From the NCBI RefSeq assembly GCF_030144855.1, contig NC_082713.1, forward strand, positions 63,488,001 through 63,552,000: a stretch of 64,000 nucleotides of DNA. Direction: 5' to 3'. The position numbers and the translations under genes are program-made. Numbering within the stretch: position 1 is the first letter of the stretch; each line of letters opens with the position of its first letter. Origin of the DNA: Hypanus sabinus (Eukaryota). The notes under the pieces were generated by a model. It did no database searches, was not told the DNA's origin, and worked only from the letters and a program-made list of their open reading frames with translations. This document shows, piece after piece, positions 22,899-34,385 of the stretch.

Positions 22899-23516
22899 AC
22901 AATTTTCCAATATTCCTTGAATCATTGAAGTATGTTCTCCTTGACATGCATTCATTTTCAGTTTCCCAAAGCGTTTTGAATCTGCACTTTCGGAGAAGCT
23001 ACCCAGATAAAGACAGCTACTTGCACTTCATCTTTGGTTTTCAACATGCTCGTTTCATGTTTGGACCAATGCTCAGATGATGAGCTGAGTGAATCTGATA
23101 AAACTAAACTGGTTATGACTAAGCAGATTAGTGTTGAATGTCATATCTTATCATACTCTTGACAATAACTTCCATTACTTTATGATTGAGAATAGACTGA
23201 TTGGATAGTAATTAGCCACACTGGATTTATCCATCCTCCATAAACAGTTTAAGGCTGTAAATTTTTCCTCATTATTGGGTAGATACCTGTGTTCTGACTG
23301 TAATGGGACAACTTGGCTAGAGGCACTGCCAGTTCTGGAGTGTGTCTTTGGAACTGCAGCTGGAATATTGTCCGATTCCAGAGCCTATGCCATATCCAGT
23401 AGTCTGAGCCGTTTTTTCATCAAATCAGATAAAGACAAGCTTCTGAGAGTGTGATTCTCAGAAGAAATAGAACAGATCATTGTCTTGGAATTTTGGCTTG
23501 AACATTGTTACATTTT

Positions 23517-23645
23517 GTAACTGCGAAACATAAAACTAAATGCAAGGAAAACAAGGGAGATGGAAGATAATGTGTCTTGCTTTTGTTTTTACTTTAAATG
23601 AGGCAAGTAGTTATGATGTGGTATCCTATTCACATATTTTGCAGA
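23517..23645. repeat. Fragment of an LTR-like repeat also present at 28790-29020
   Basis: Shares aaacataaaactaaa...ggaaaa(g)caaggg...agataa(c/t)gtgtct...ttttacttt...ttatga...tggta...ctattcacat with the other copy, and begins tgtaac. Confidence 0.5.
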
Positions 23646-25275
23646 TGACTCAGTGAATTATTCAAATAGTCATAGAAAAGTACAACATAGCAACAGGCCC
23701 ATCTAGACAGTGGCAAAACCATTTAAACTGCCTATTCCCATCAACCTGCACCAGGGCCATAGACATCAATACACCTACCATCCATGTAACTATCCAAACT
23801 TAGTATAAATGTTAAAACCGAGCTTGCATGCATTACCTGTGCTGGCAGCACGTTTCATACTCCCATGGCTGTCTGAGGGAAGAGGTTTCTTAAACATTTT
23901 GCCTTTCACCCTTAACCCATGACCTCTGGTTGTAGTCCCACCCAAACTCAAAGGAAAATACCTGCTTGCATTTACCCTATCTATATCCTTCATAATTTTG
24001 TATACCTCTATCAAATCTCCTTTCAATCTCCTACATTCCAAGGAATAAAGTCCTAACCTATTCAGTTTTTCATTATAATTCAGGTCCTCCAGTCCTGGCT
24101 ACATTCTTCGTAAGCTTTCTCTGCACTCTTTCAACCTTATTTTATCTACCTACATTTTTCCTGTAGGTAGGTGACCAAAACCACGCACAATATCCTAAAT
24201 TAGGCCTCACCAATATCTTATACAACTTCAACATAACTGCCCATCTCCTGAATTCAGTACATTGATTTATGAAGGGCAATGTGCCAAAGGCTTTCTTTAC
24301 AACCCTAACAACCTGTAACATCACTTTCAACAAATTATGGACCTCTATTCCCAAATCCTTTTGTTCTATCACACTGTTCAATGCCCTACCAGTCACTGGT
24401 TGGTCCTACCAAAGTGCAAAACCACGCACCTGTTTGCATTAAATTCTATTATTCCAGCTGGTCAGATCCCTCTGCAAGCCTGCTAGATTTACTTACTGTC
24501 CACTGTCTACTCCACCTCCAATCTTGATGTTCTAGTTAACAAATTATTGTCCAAAGCATTGATATAGATGACAAACAACAACGGACCCAGCACCGATCCC
24601 TGAATGTAGTTCACTCGTCACAATCCTCCAATCAGAGCGGCAGCAGTCTACTATCACAATCACAAAGCCAATGTCTAATCCAATTTGCTGCCTCATCTTG
24701 AATGGTGAGCAACTGAACCTTCTTGTAAAACTTCCTTTAAAGGACCTTGTCAAATGCCTTGCAGAAGTCCATATTGACAACATCCTTTCCTTCATCCACT
24801 TTCCTGATAACTTCCTCAAAAAACTCAATAAGATTTATTAGACATGACCTACCACGCACAAAGCCATGCTGTCTATTCTTAGTCTACGTCTATCCTGTTC
24901 CTTCAAATGCCTTTCAATAACTTTTCCAAAAATGATGTTAGACTCACCGGCCTCTAATTTCCTAGTTTATATTTAGTCTTCCCTAAACAGCGGACAAACA
25001 CTGGCTATCCTCCAGTTCTCTGGTACATCCCCAGTTGCTAAGGATACATTAACTATCTCTGCTAGAGCCCTGGCAATTTCTGCACTTGCTTTACATGGAT
25101 CCAGGAGAACAGCTTGTCAGGCCCTGGGGTTTTATCCACCATGATTTGCCTCAGAATACAAACATTTCCTTCTGTAATCTGTACAGGGTGCATGAAGTTA
25201 ATTCTGCTTTGCCTCACCTCCATTGACTCTGTCCACCTCCTGACTAAATATAGATAAGAAAATAAATTAAGAGCT

Positions 25276-25477
25276 TCCCACACATAAAATGCTGGAGGAA
25301 CTCAGCAGGCCAGGCAGCATCTATGGAAAAAAGTACTGTAGTCGTTTCAGGCTGAGATCCTTCGGCAGGACATTGACTGTACTATTTTCTATAGATGCTG
25401 CCTGGCCTGCTGTTCTTCCAACATTTTGTGGATGTTGCTTGAATTTACAGCAACTGCAGATTGTCTCTTGTTGTGCT
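25276..25477. mobile_element. Palindromic (tail-to-tail) Penelope-type insert with a 9-bp TSD
   Basis: Flanked by ttaagagct at 25267-25275 and 25478-25486. Arms aaaatgctggaggaactcagcaggccaggcagcatctatggaaaa and ttttctatagatgctgcctggcctgctgttcttccaacatttt are reverse complements. Confidence 0.8.
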
Positions 25478-25807
25478 TTAAGAGCTCTCTCATCTTCTTG
25501 GGCTCCATACATAGATTACCATCCTGAACTTCTAGAGAAATAATTTTGTCCTTTGCAATCCTTTTTGCTCTTAACATAGCTGCAGATTCCCTTAGGATTC
25601 TCCTTCACCTTTTCTGCTAGGGCAACTTCATGCCTTACTAACTTTTCTCTTAAGTGCTCTCTTGCATATCTTATTCTCAATAAGCACCTCATTTGTTCCT
25701 ACCTGTCAATACCTGCTATGCACCTCCTTTTTGTTCTTAACCAGGGTCTCAATCTCTTGAAAACCAAGGTTCCCTTCAATTGTTATCTTTATCTTTTAAT
25801 TCTGATG

Positions 25808-26415
25808 AGACCATAAGGTATAGGAGCAAAATTAGGCCATCTGGCCCATCAAGTCTGCTCTACCATTTCATCATGGGAGATCCATTTTCCATCTGAGCCC
25901 TAGTCTTCTGCCTTCCTTCATGCCCTGACTAATCAAGAAAATATCAACTTCTGCCTTAAAGACTTGGCCTCCAGAGCCACATGTGGCAACAGATTCCATA
26001 TATTCAACAGTCTCTGGCTAAGGAAATTCCTCATTGTCTCCATTCTAAAAGGACATCCCTCTATTCTGAGGTCCTCTGGTCTTAGACTCACCCAACATAG
26101 AAAACATGCTCCACATTAACTCCATTGAGCCTTTCAACATTAGATAGGTCTGAATTGGGTCACCCCTCATTCTAATGAATTCCAGTGATTACAGATCTAG
26201 AGTCATCAAACATTCTTCATGTTTCAATTCCAGAATCATTTTCACAAACCATCTTTGCACTCGCACAATGATAGCAAATCCTTCTTGGATAAAGGGCACA
26301 AAACCACTCTTAGTACTCCAAGTGAGGCCTCACCAGTGCTTTATAAACTCTTAAGATTACATCCTTGCTTTTATATTCTAGTCTTCTTGAAATTAATGCT
26401 AACATTGCATTTGTG
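25808..26415 (-). mobile_element. Second CR1 3' fragment nested inside the 23668-27770 CR1
   Basis: A new 3' tail gagaccataaggtataggagcaaaattaggcc... followed by ORF2 C-terminal sequence interrupts the host CR1 in its EN-RT linker. Confidence 0.75.
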
Positions 26416-27305
26416 CTTTCAAAATTTTACTTTTGAAGCCTCCTACTTACCAAGTATACCTTTACCAGAAAACAGCCCTGTCCTAATCTACACTTGCCAG
26501 GACATTTCAGATACCATTTCTCCAATCTTAGGCCTTGGACCAGACCTATCTTTTTACATAATTTGAAACTAATAACATTGTGATCACAAGGTGCAAAGTG
26601 CTCCCCTACACAAGATTCTGTCACCTCCCCTGTCTCATTCCCTTGTACCAGATCAAATATTGCACACTCCCTCATTGGGACTTATATGTACTGATTAAGG
26701 AAACTTTCCTCAATACATTTGACAAACTCTATTCCATCTCGTCCTTTTACAGTATGGGAGCCCCAGTCAGTATGAGGAAAGTTAAAGTTATCTACTCTAA
26801 CAATGTTATATTTCTTATAGCAGTTTGCGATTTTTCTGCAAATTCGTTCTTCTAAATCCCTCGGACTGTTGAGTGGTCTGTAATATTATTGTCGTCAAAC
26901 TTTTCTTATTTCTCAGTTCCACCCACAATGTCTCCCTAATTGAGTTCTCCAGTCTGTTCTGATGGAAACTGTCATGACTTTTTCACTGACCAGTAAGACC
27001 ACATCTCTTCCGTTAATCCCTTCCGCTCTGCTGTGTCTAAACAGCAGAACCCTGGAATACTGAGCAGCCTGTCCTACCTACCCCTCCTGCATCCAAGTAA
27101 TAGCTACAATATAATTTAAGATGATGATCCACACTCTGAGCTTATCTGCCTTTCCTATGATATTTCCTGCACTTCTTCCAACCTGGCACTCTGGTCCCCG
27201 TCCCCTTGCAACTCCAGTTTAACTTCACCCTGTAGCACGAGCAAACCTTGCAACCATGATATTAGTCCCTTCCAGTTCAGGTGCAAAGCATCTCTTCAGT
27301 ACAGT

Positions 27306-27440
27306 GTCTTGATGTAGGGTCTCTGCCCAAAACATTGACTATTTACCCTTTTCCATAAATACAGCCTGACCTGCTGAGTTCCTCCAGCATTTTGTGTGCA
27401 TTACTTTGATTTCCAGCATCTGAAGATTTTCTCTTGTTTT
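27306..27440 (+). mobile_element. Short Penelope-type insert (degenerate hammerhead on + strand)
   Basis: Sequence gtcttgatgtagggtctctgcccaaaacattgact...cctgacctgctgagttcctccagcattttgtgtg...ttccagcatctgaagattttctc. Confidence 0.7.
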
Positions 27441-27799
27441 TTATTCTTCTCTATAGGTTCCACCTTCCCCAGCAGAGAGCTCAATGGTTCAAAATCTTAG
27501 AACCTCCCTCCTACACCAACTTCTTAGTTATGTGTTAAACTGTATAATCTTCCTATTTCTGGCCTCACTGGTATCATTCTGGAGCTCACAACCCTGGAGG
27601 TCTTGTCCTTTAACTTAGCTCTTAACTCCTGGAACTCCCTTTGCAGGATTCTCCCTACCTATGTCATTGATGCCTCAATGGACCACAGCCTCTGGCATTT
27701 ACCCTCTCACTTCACGATGCCCTGAACCCAGCCACGTGGGAGGCAACACATCATCTGTGAATCTCATTCTTGCCCACTGGGCCTCCTTTCTGCTCCCCT

Positions 27800-28790
27800 A
27801 ACTATCTTGCACTCAGTGTCAGTAAGATGAAGGAGCTGATTATGGTCTTTAGGCAGGATAAGATGAGGAATCACGAACCAATCCTCATAGAGGGATCAGA
27901 AGTGGACAGAGTGAGCAATTTCAAGTTTCTAGATGTCATGATCTGGACCTAACCATATTGATGTAGATATAAAGAAGATAAAACAGTGGATATATTTCAT
28001 TAGGAGTTTGAGGAGATTTGGTTTGTCACCGAAATCACTCAAAAACTTCTATAGATGTACCATGGAGAGCATTCTGACAGGCTGCATCACTATCTGGTAT
28101 GGGGGAAGGGTTACTACACAAGACTGAAAGAAGCTACAGAAAGTTTTAAAATTAGTCCGCTCTATTTTGGGTACAAACATTGTAATATCCAAGTTCATCT
28201 TCAAGGAGCAGTGCTTCAGAAAGGTGGCGTCTTGTCAGTACCTCCAGTTGAACTCTGTCTTTTTGTGTGTTTTCCCCCTAGCTGTCTGCATCTGCCCCTA
28301 CCCCTGCATTACCGAGTACTCTGTCTCTTATCTGTTTCTCACTATTACCTGCATTGCTGCCACCTGTGCCTCTTCGTGCTCCACCTATCATCTGCCTCTC
28401 TGTTTATTGCTCAGTGTATTTCAGTCCTGTGTTTTCAGCTGTTTGTTGCCAGATTGTGCCAGTGAGTTTTCCTGAGCCTTTTCAGCATTTGTATCTGAAC
28501 TCTGTCTGTCCAAATATTTACTCTGCCTGTTTCCTGATTCTGGTTCTTTGGATTTCTCTGGAACTTTTGTTCTCTGCCTGAACTTTGATGCCATCATTGT
28601 TGCCCCTTTGGATTTGCTACTCAGTAAATACCACAGTGCTCACAATACTTGGTCTGTGATTGGGTGCCTGCTTCAGTGCCCTGACACGTCTATTATTAAG
28701 AACTATCCCCCACCCCCCCACCTTACCCAGGACATGTCCTCTTCTCGGAAAGGAGGTACAGAAGCCTGAAGGCACACACAGTGATTCAGG
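27800..28790 (+). mobile_element. Rex1/Babar-like LINE 3' fragment, split by a solo LTR
   Basis: Encodes LALSVSKMKELIMVFRQ...VDRVSNFKFLDV and resumes after 28686 (cgtctattattaagaac...ggaggtacagaagcctgaag). Confidence 0.75.
28233..28686 (+). repeat. Solo LTR (454 bp, Gypsy-type) with a 5-bp TSD
   Basis: Inverted ends tgtcag...ctgaca, TSD cgtct at 28228-28232 and 28687-28691, and a pyrimidine-rich body with agtaaa near the 3' end. Confidence 0.85.
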
Positions 28791-29020
28791 AACATAAAAC
28801 TAAAACATGAAACATAGCGGGAAAAGCAAGGGTGCTCGGAGATAACGTGTCTCAGTTTCAATTTTACTTTGTGAGTTGTGTGCTTATGACATGGTAGCAT
28901 GATAATGTAAGCTATTCACATTTTTACATATAACCCATAAATAATTATTTAAAAGAATGCTTAATCAAGCAATATATTTACAACGTTACTCAAATATTTC
29001 TGAAATATTAAATACAGAAC
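28790..29020. repeat. LTR-like repeat fragment related to 23517-23645
   Basis: Shared sequence with 23517-23645; ends ...aaatacagaaca. Confidence 0.5.
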
Positions 29021-29934
29021 AAACATAGTTATGCATGTTTAACCCTGGTGTATAGAACACACATGCTGTTTCCTACATCATTGAGAATGGTGTTATTTCC
29101 CCTCCTCCTATTTGCTGTTTAAAATCTACCATTATTCATAACCATGTGTGGCTTGATTGCAGAGCTTTGATTTGATTCATTGGTGTGAAATCACATAGCT
29201 TTGACTACAGCCTGCTCTTTTTTACTCTATGGCTTTTTTACTCTTTTTTACTTCCATATTACAGCTTTGTCAGGTTAGTACCTCACTTTAATATGTCTGG
29301 TGCTTCTTCTGACATGCCCCTCTGTATTCTTTACTGAGCCAGGAATAGTACCCTAAGATAATAGCCTACAGTAGGTGGTATGTCAACCATAAAGACACAG
29401 ATTATGGTTATGTACCCTTCTGTTGCTGCTGGTTGACCAAATTCATGGATGCACAGAGAGCTGGCAGATCTGCTCTGAAAGAACATTGCACAGGAGTCTA
29501 CAAATGAATGAAGAGGAAATTCAGAAAAACTGACAATTAATTGAAACGTTGACAGACGTACTAGATCAAAGAGGGAGGTGAAGAATCTGCAGCATATTAG
29601 AATAAGACAAGACAGCATATTCTATGGTGTTTTAGTAATAAAACCTTCATCACTTTATGGCTATTCCTAAATTGGAACTTCATGTTTTTATGCCTAAGTT
29701 TGAACAAAGATGTTTTGCAATTTGGCAGTTAATCACAGTGTGAAACTCTGCTGAATTCTAATATTAGAATGATGCAGAATGATGCCTTTCTGATCATTCA
29801 GTCATGCCAGTCCTTAGGGTATCAATCCTGCTTCTCCTTTCCATGTTTCTCTGTATCCCATCCAATTCACCTTCCCTCATGCATGCCCATCATACTCACC
29901 TTTGGTTCATTTTGCCACTAAGTTCACAAAAAGC

Positions 29935-30106
29935 AAATTCACAGTTGCCAATTGACTTGCCAGCACATCTGTGGGATGGGGGAAGAAACGAGGATATATG
30001 GGAAACTCAATGAGAAAGCAAATTCCATGTACTAAAAGCTAAAGGTTACTATTGAACCAGGTCCAAGGGACTGTGGGACAGCAGCACTGACTTTTGCACC
30101 ACCGTG
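29935..30106 (-). mobile_element. Old tRNA-derived V-SINE/HE1-like SINE
   Basis: Reverse complement of the SINE head (cacggtggtgcaaa...gctgctgtcccacag...cctggttcaat) and core. Confidence 0.55.
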
Positions 30107-31132
30107 ATTTACTTTCTGACAACCATAATCTAAACAGACTGATTTCTGTTTTCTCAATAAATTTCTCACACATATATATACACCTCCTGACTTTTATAAA
30201 TTAAGACAAAATAATAACTGAAAAACCCAATAACTTATCCCATTGGCAAATGAGTATATTATCTGCCAATATGTAGTAACTAATTGATTTTAATTAAAGG
30301 TATCTTCAACAAAAAGTGAACAGTTAGAAACTTCATCTGTTGCATTGCTGAAAAATATGAATGAATGGTAAACTAAAAAGCTGAGCAAATATGCCTCTTT
30401 AACAATAGCTTGAAACTAATCCCCTTCCTAGTCATTTGCTCTGATTGCTACTGACACTGATGCAGACTTTGATTTGGGTTAACTCTTTAATGTTCAATGC
30501 ATTAATAAGCTTTAAAATTACTTCCAGTTGTCAAAATGCTCGTTAAATTGGTTATTGGGTAATGAACACTATTCTATCCTTTGTCATAATGAAGGAAAAA
30601 TCAGTTTGTCAAATTTCAGTACATTGTCAAACCGAGCCAGTGTGATACTTCCAGAGGTTTCTTTAAGAGATCGAATTTTTCTTCAGAACAGCTTAGGGGC
30701 ATCTTTTAATATGAGTAATACATGGTGTTCCTATTTTGAGATATATACTCCAAGCAACTGAACAAGTGTGTTGTTTAGCAGGTAGGTGGTTTGTGCCTCT
30801 GCTAGATTTCACCATCTGTTCCTCTGACAGTGAGAGCACCATAGATCTCTGTGCCCAGTGCAAAAATTGGAAATGCGCTGAAAATTAAATGCTCAGTCAT
30901 CTGCTGGATTCAAGCTGTAGTTCCACATCATAGTGATAAGTGAAGTGGATCCTGTAGCTTTGGTTGTCCTATGAGCTTTAACGACTTTCATTGTAATAAG
31001 ATTTCTAACTTGATTGAAAGAATTTTGTTTGCCTTTCTTTATATCACGTTATCTTTGTGAAAAATTAATTTATTGTGGCTGAATGTATTATTTACTTTAA
31101 ATATTTATAGCAATTGAAATATTAAATTATTT

Positions 31133-31390
31133 GGAGTGGCATGATAGCCTAGCCATTAGAGCAATGCTATCACAGTACCAGTGACCTGAGTTCATTTCTA
31201 CCACTGACTGTAAGAAGTTTGTACATTCTCCCTGTGATTACATGGATTTTTTTTTCCCTGGTGCTCCAGTGTCCTCCCGTATTTCGAAGGTGTACGGCTT
31301 AGTAGGCTAAATAGTTACTTAAGTGTAATTGGGTAACACACAGGCTTATTGGGCTGGAAGGGACTGTCACTGTGGTGTATCTCCAAATAC
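31133..31390 (+). mobile_element. tRNA-derived HE1/V-SINE-like SINE with a CR1-type tail
   Basis: A-box-like tggcatgatagc, B-box-like gagttcatttc, core gtttgtacattctccctgtga...ggtgctccagtgtcctccc, and tail gggctggaagggactgtcactgtggtgtatctc. Confidence 0.7.
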
Positions 31391-31410
31391 AAGCTTACAT
31401 TCTTTTATTG

Positions 31411-31479
31411 CAGGGGTTCCCAACCTAGCGTACAATGACCCATCGCGTAATGGTATTGATCCATGGTTGGGAACGTCTA
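31411..31479. mobile_element. Tiny hAT (Charlie-like) MITE
   Basis: Terminal inverted repeats caggggttcccaacc ... ggttgggaacgtcta. Confidence 0.6.
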
Positions 31480-31539
31480 ATTAATGACTGAGGAACTGAC
31501 AAATTGAGGAGCTATCAAAGGCCTTTAAAATGACAGAAA

Positions 31540-31700
31540 AACTGACATGCTGGAAACACTCAAGGCAGGTAATGTCCATGCAAAGAAAACCAGAGTTAAC
31601 ATCAGAATAAAATGTCTGTGATCTGAAATGTTAACTTTGTTTCTTTTTCTGTTGCTGCTGTCTGACCTGCTCAGTGTTTCCAGCATTTAATGTTTGACTT
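31540..31700. mobile_element. Old palindromic Penelope-type insert
   Basis: Inverted arms atgctggaaacactcaaggcagg...gagttaacatcag and ctgaaatgttaact...cctgctcagtgtttccagcat. Confidence 0.55.
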
Positions 31701-33149
31701 CCATGAAAAGCATTTTTATTTAGGTCTTCAGTTAATTTTGGACTGTGACCTCAGGTTCTGTTACCTGTGCCTTGCCTCCTATTTGCAGAAGGGCTGTAGA
31801 GTGAGGGTATGCACTCCAATGGACACAGCCGGTGATAAGTGAAGTAACGTGAGGTAACAACATCTGATGATTTACAATGAAACTGGGTGCAGAGCACAGG
31901 TTAGCGAAAGCAGAATCTAATCCAGTAGTCATAGCTCTGCCAGTTTTCTAAATTCTCCAAGGTTAAACAAAAAAAATCAAGAATATAAAATATCAGTAGA
32001 TATTACTTAGTGAAATACAACATATTTTGATAATGAATTGTGAAAGATTTTTGGTGAGTTACATCCATGGTGAAAGAATTACAAGCAATAAGAATGCCCA
32101 ATGTATCACCTGCCAAGTATGCTCTGCACATTTTCCTTGATGGGTTTAAATGAAACCCCTCTGTGTGCTGAGGTGCGTATAAATGGCCGTCAACATTTAG
32201 TTCCTTCTCTTTAACGGGCGCTGGTAAGGATGTCATTTAATGCCAATATTGTTTTTGAACTGTGCAACGTGTTAGCTTGTAGCAGCTTAGAGTCAACTAG
32301 ATTTTGTTTGTGGATCAGTGGACAGACAGGATAAGGCAAACAGATTTCATCACTTGACAGGATCAGTAAGGATTGTAAAATCGTCTTATAGTTTATGTCA
32401 ACTCCATTGGCAATAGATTTGTATTCCACTTGATATTTTGAAGATAATATAAATTTTGCTGCTGCCATGGTGGAGATTGAATTCATTTGGTTGAGCCACC
32501 AGTGCAAGGTTCTAGGTTGCACGTCCAATAACTGAACAGCTCATAAACCTCCGGCTGTACTTGCAACTTCATAAAACACAAAGAAAGCTTTGGGTTTGAT
32601 GTGTGCTTTATGGTATGTGAACGAACACATTTCTAACATTGAAATACGTATATTCTGCTATGTGTTGTGCACTATCTAAGTTGTTAAATGGTTGAATCAG
32701 ACAGAAAATACAGAAAATAACATGGAATACAAAGTGGGAAGCAACTGTAATTGTAGGTACCCATTTGGAGTTCTATGACCGGCTTCAGAAATTCAAAGAC
32801 CACTTTTCAAATCTGATCTCATGATTGGAAAAATGTGTGCCCTGTTGTGCAGCCTAAACTAATTTCATAATAGGACAAGGATTAACTTCCCGTAAGTATG
32901 AAGGTGAACATAGTTATGAAAATATATATGTCTGGCTTCCTCTACATTATGTCTTAATCAATGTTTTCCTGGTCAAATTGACTTCCTTAATGACTTCATT
33001 TGTGATGTCAATCTCATAAAAAGGGGGTAAGCTAGCTGTAATCTGTTCATACGTGCCTTGTCTAGTAAAGAGGAGCATGTCAAGCCATTTGGCCCTATGA
33101 CCGCGCTCCATCATCCAATAAAATCCTGGCTGATCATCCAAATTCATAG

Positions 33150-33235
33150 CGACACACACAAAATGCTGGAGCAACTCAGCAGGTCTGGCAGCATCAGTGG
33201 AAGTGAATAAACAGTCGATGTTTCAGGCCCAGGCT
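33150..33235 (-). mobile_element. Short Penelope-type insert
   Basis: Sequence cacacacaaaatgctggagcaactcagcaggtctggcagcatc...aaacagtcgatgtttcaggccc. Confidence 0.65.
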
Positions 33236-33394
33236 CAGATTCACTACCTTGTTCTAGCTTTCTTGTCATAGCCTTTCAGCTCCCAAGAAAGTTATTTGTT
33301 TCTTTAGGTCAATACTCTGTTGATCTGGCAATTTTGTTATAAATGCAATTAACATTCACTGGTGAGGGAACCTATTCAAATTAACAAGGTGACG

Positions 33395-34385
33395 TGGAGC
33401 AGTACCATATAGGACAGGCCCTTCAGCCCACGAAGTTGTACCGACCTATGAAAACCTATTAGTCTAACCCTTCCCTCTCAAAGCCCGTAACTATGTATTT
33501 TTCTTATACTGAATTAAGAATTGTTTTTACCTGTCCCTATTCTATTTCGGTGTAAAACACCTACTTCTAACAACCCCCTAAGTATACTTTCATTCACATT
33601 AAATGTATCGGCCATTGCCACCCTGGGGAAAAGTTGATGGCTGTCCATTCTACCAGTGCCTCTCCTAATCTTATACACCTCTAATACATCAATACATCTT
33701 TGCTCCAAAGAGAAAAGCCAAACCTTGTTTAACCTTTCCTGACATGATCTCTATTTCAGACAGAGTTCTGGGAAATCTCTGATCCCTCTCCAAAGCTTCC
33801 ACATCTTCCAATAATGAGACACCCAGAACTAAATACAATGCTCCAATTGTGATCTACACTGAGTTTTACAGAGCTGTAACATTACCTCATAGCTCTTGAA
33901 ATCAGTCTCTCTACTAATGAACTCTAGCACGTCATCTGCCTTCCTAACAATCCCATCAAATGTGTGGCAACTCTCAGGGATCTATGGATATGCTCCCAAA
34001 GATTCTACTGTTGCTCCATACTGTTGAAAGTCCTGCCATTGTTTGTACTCTGCCTTCAAGTTCAAGCTTCCAAACTTTATTATTTCTGGATTGAAACCTA
34101 TCTGCCACTTCTCCACACTTATAACCTGCAACAATTTTTTATACTATCCACATCACCTCCAATCTTCATGTCATCTGCAAACTTAATAACATTCTCTTCC
34201 ACTTCCTCAAAGTCATTATGAAAATCACAAAGAGCAGAAGTCCCAGAACAGTCTCTGTGAAACACCACTAATCAGCTAGCTCCAAACAGAATTCACTTGA
34301 ACTACTTCCGTTCTCTAAATCCTGTGGCAAGCTAATTTTAATTCATGCAGAGAAGCATCCATGGATCTTGTGCCTGATGAGACTA
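33395..34385 (-). mobile_element. CR1 LINE 3' portion
   Basis: Has the tail acaggcccttcagccca, then LEVYKIRRG...QLFPRV (33514-33708) and RT C-terminal sequence up to ~34385. Confidence 0.75.

Larger units (their letters stand above)
23668..27770 (-). mobile_element. Decayed CR1 LINE (ORF1 esterase to 3' UTR) carrying nested inserts
   Basis: Minus-strand ORFs give RRLKGDLIEVYKIMK, LYKILVRPNLGYC, VDKTPGPDKLF and AIFDLVQGNETGEV...GEHFAPCDHN. The 3' tail is at 23668 and ORF1 remnants are near 27450-27770. Confidence 0.88.

Noticed and set aside
28055-28769. Cys/Leu-rich membrane-protein-like ORFs
   Set aside because: They are low-complexity translations of a pyrimidine-rich solo LTR and flanking LINE.
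31133-31200. tRNA gene
   Set aside because: Only degenerate A/B boxes of a SINE head are present; there is no cloverleaf.
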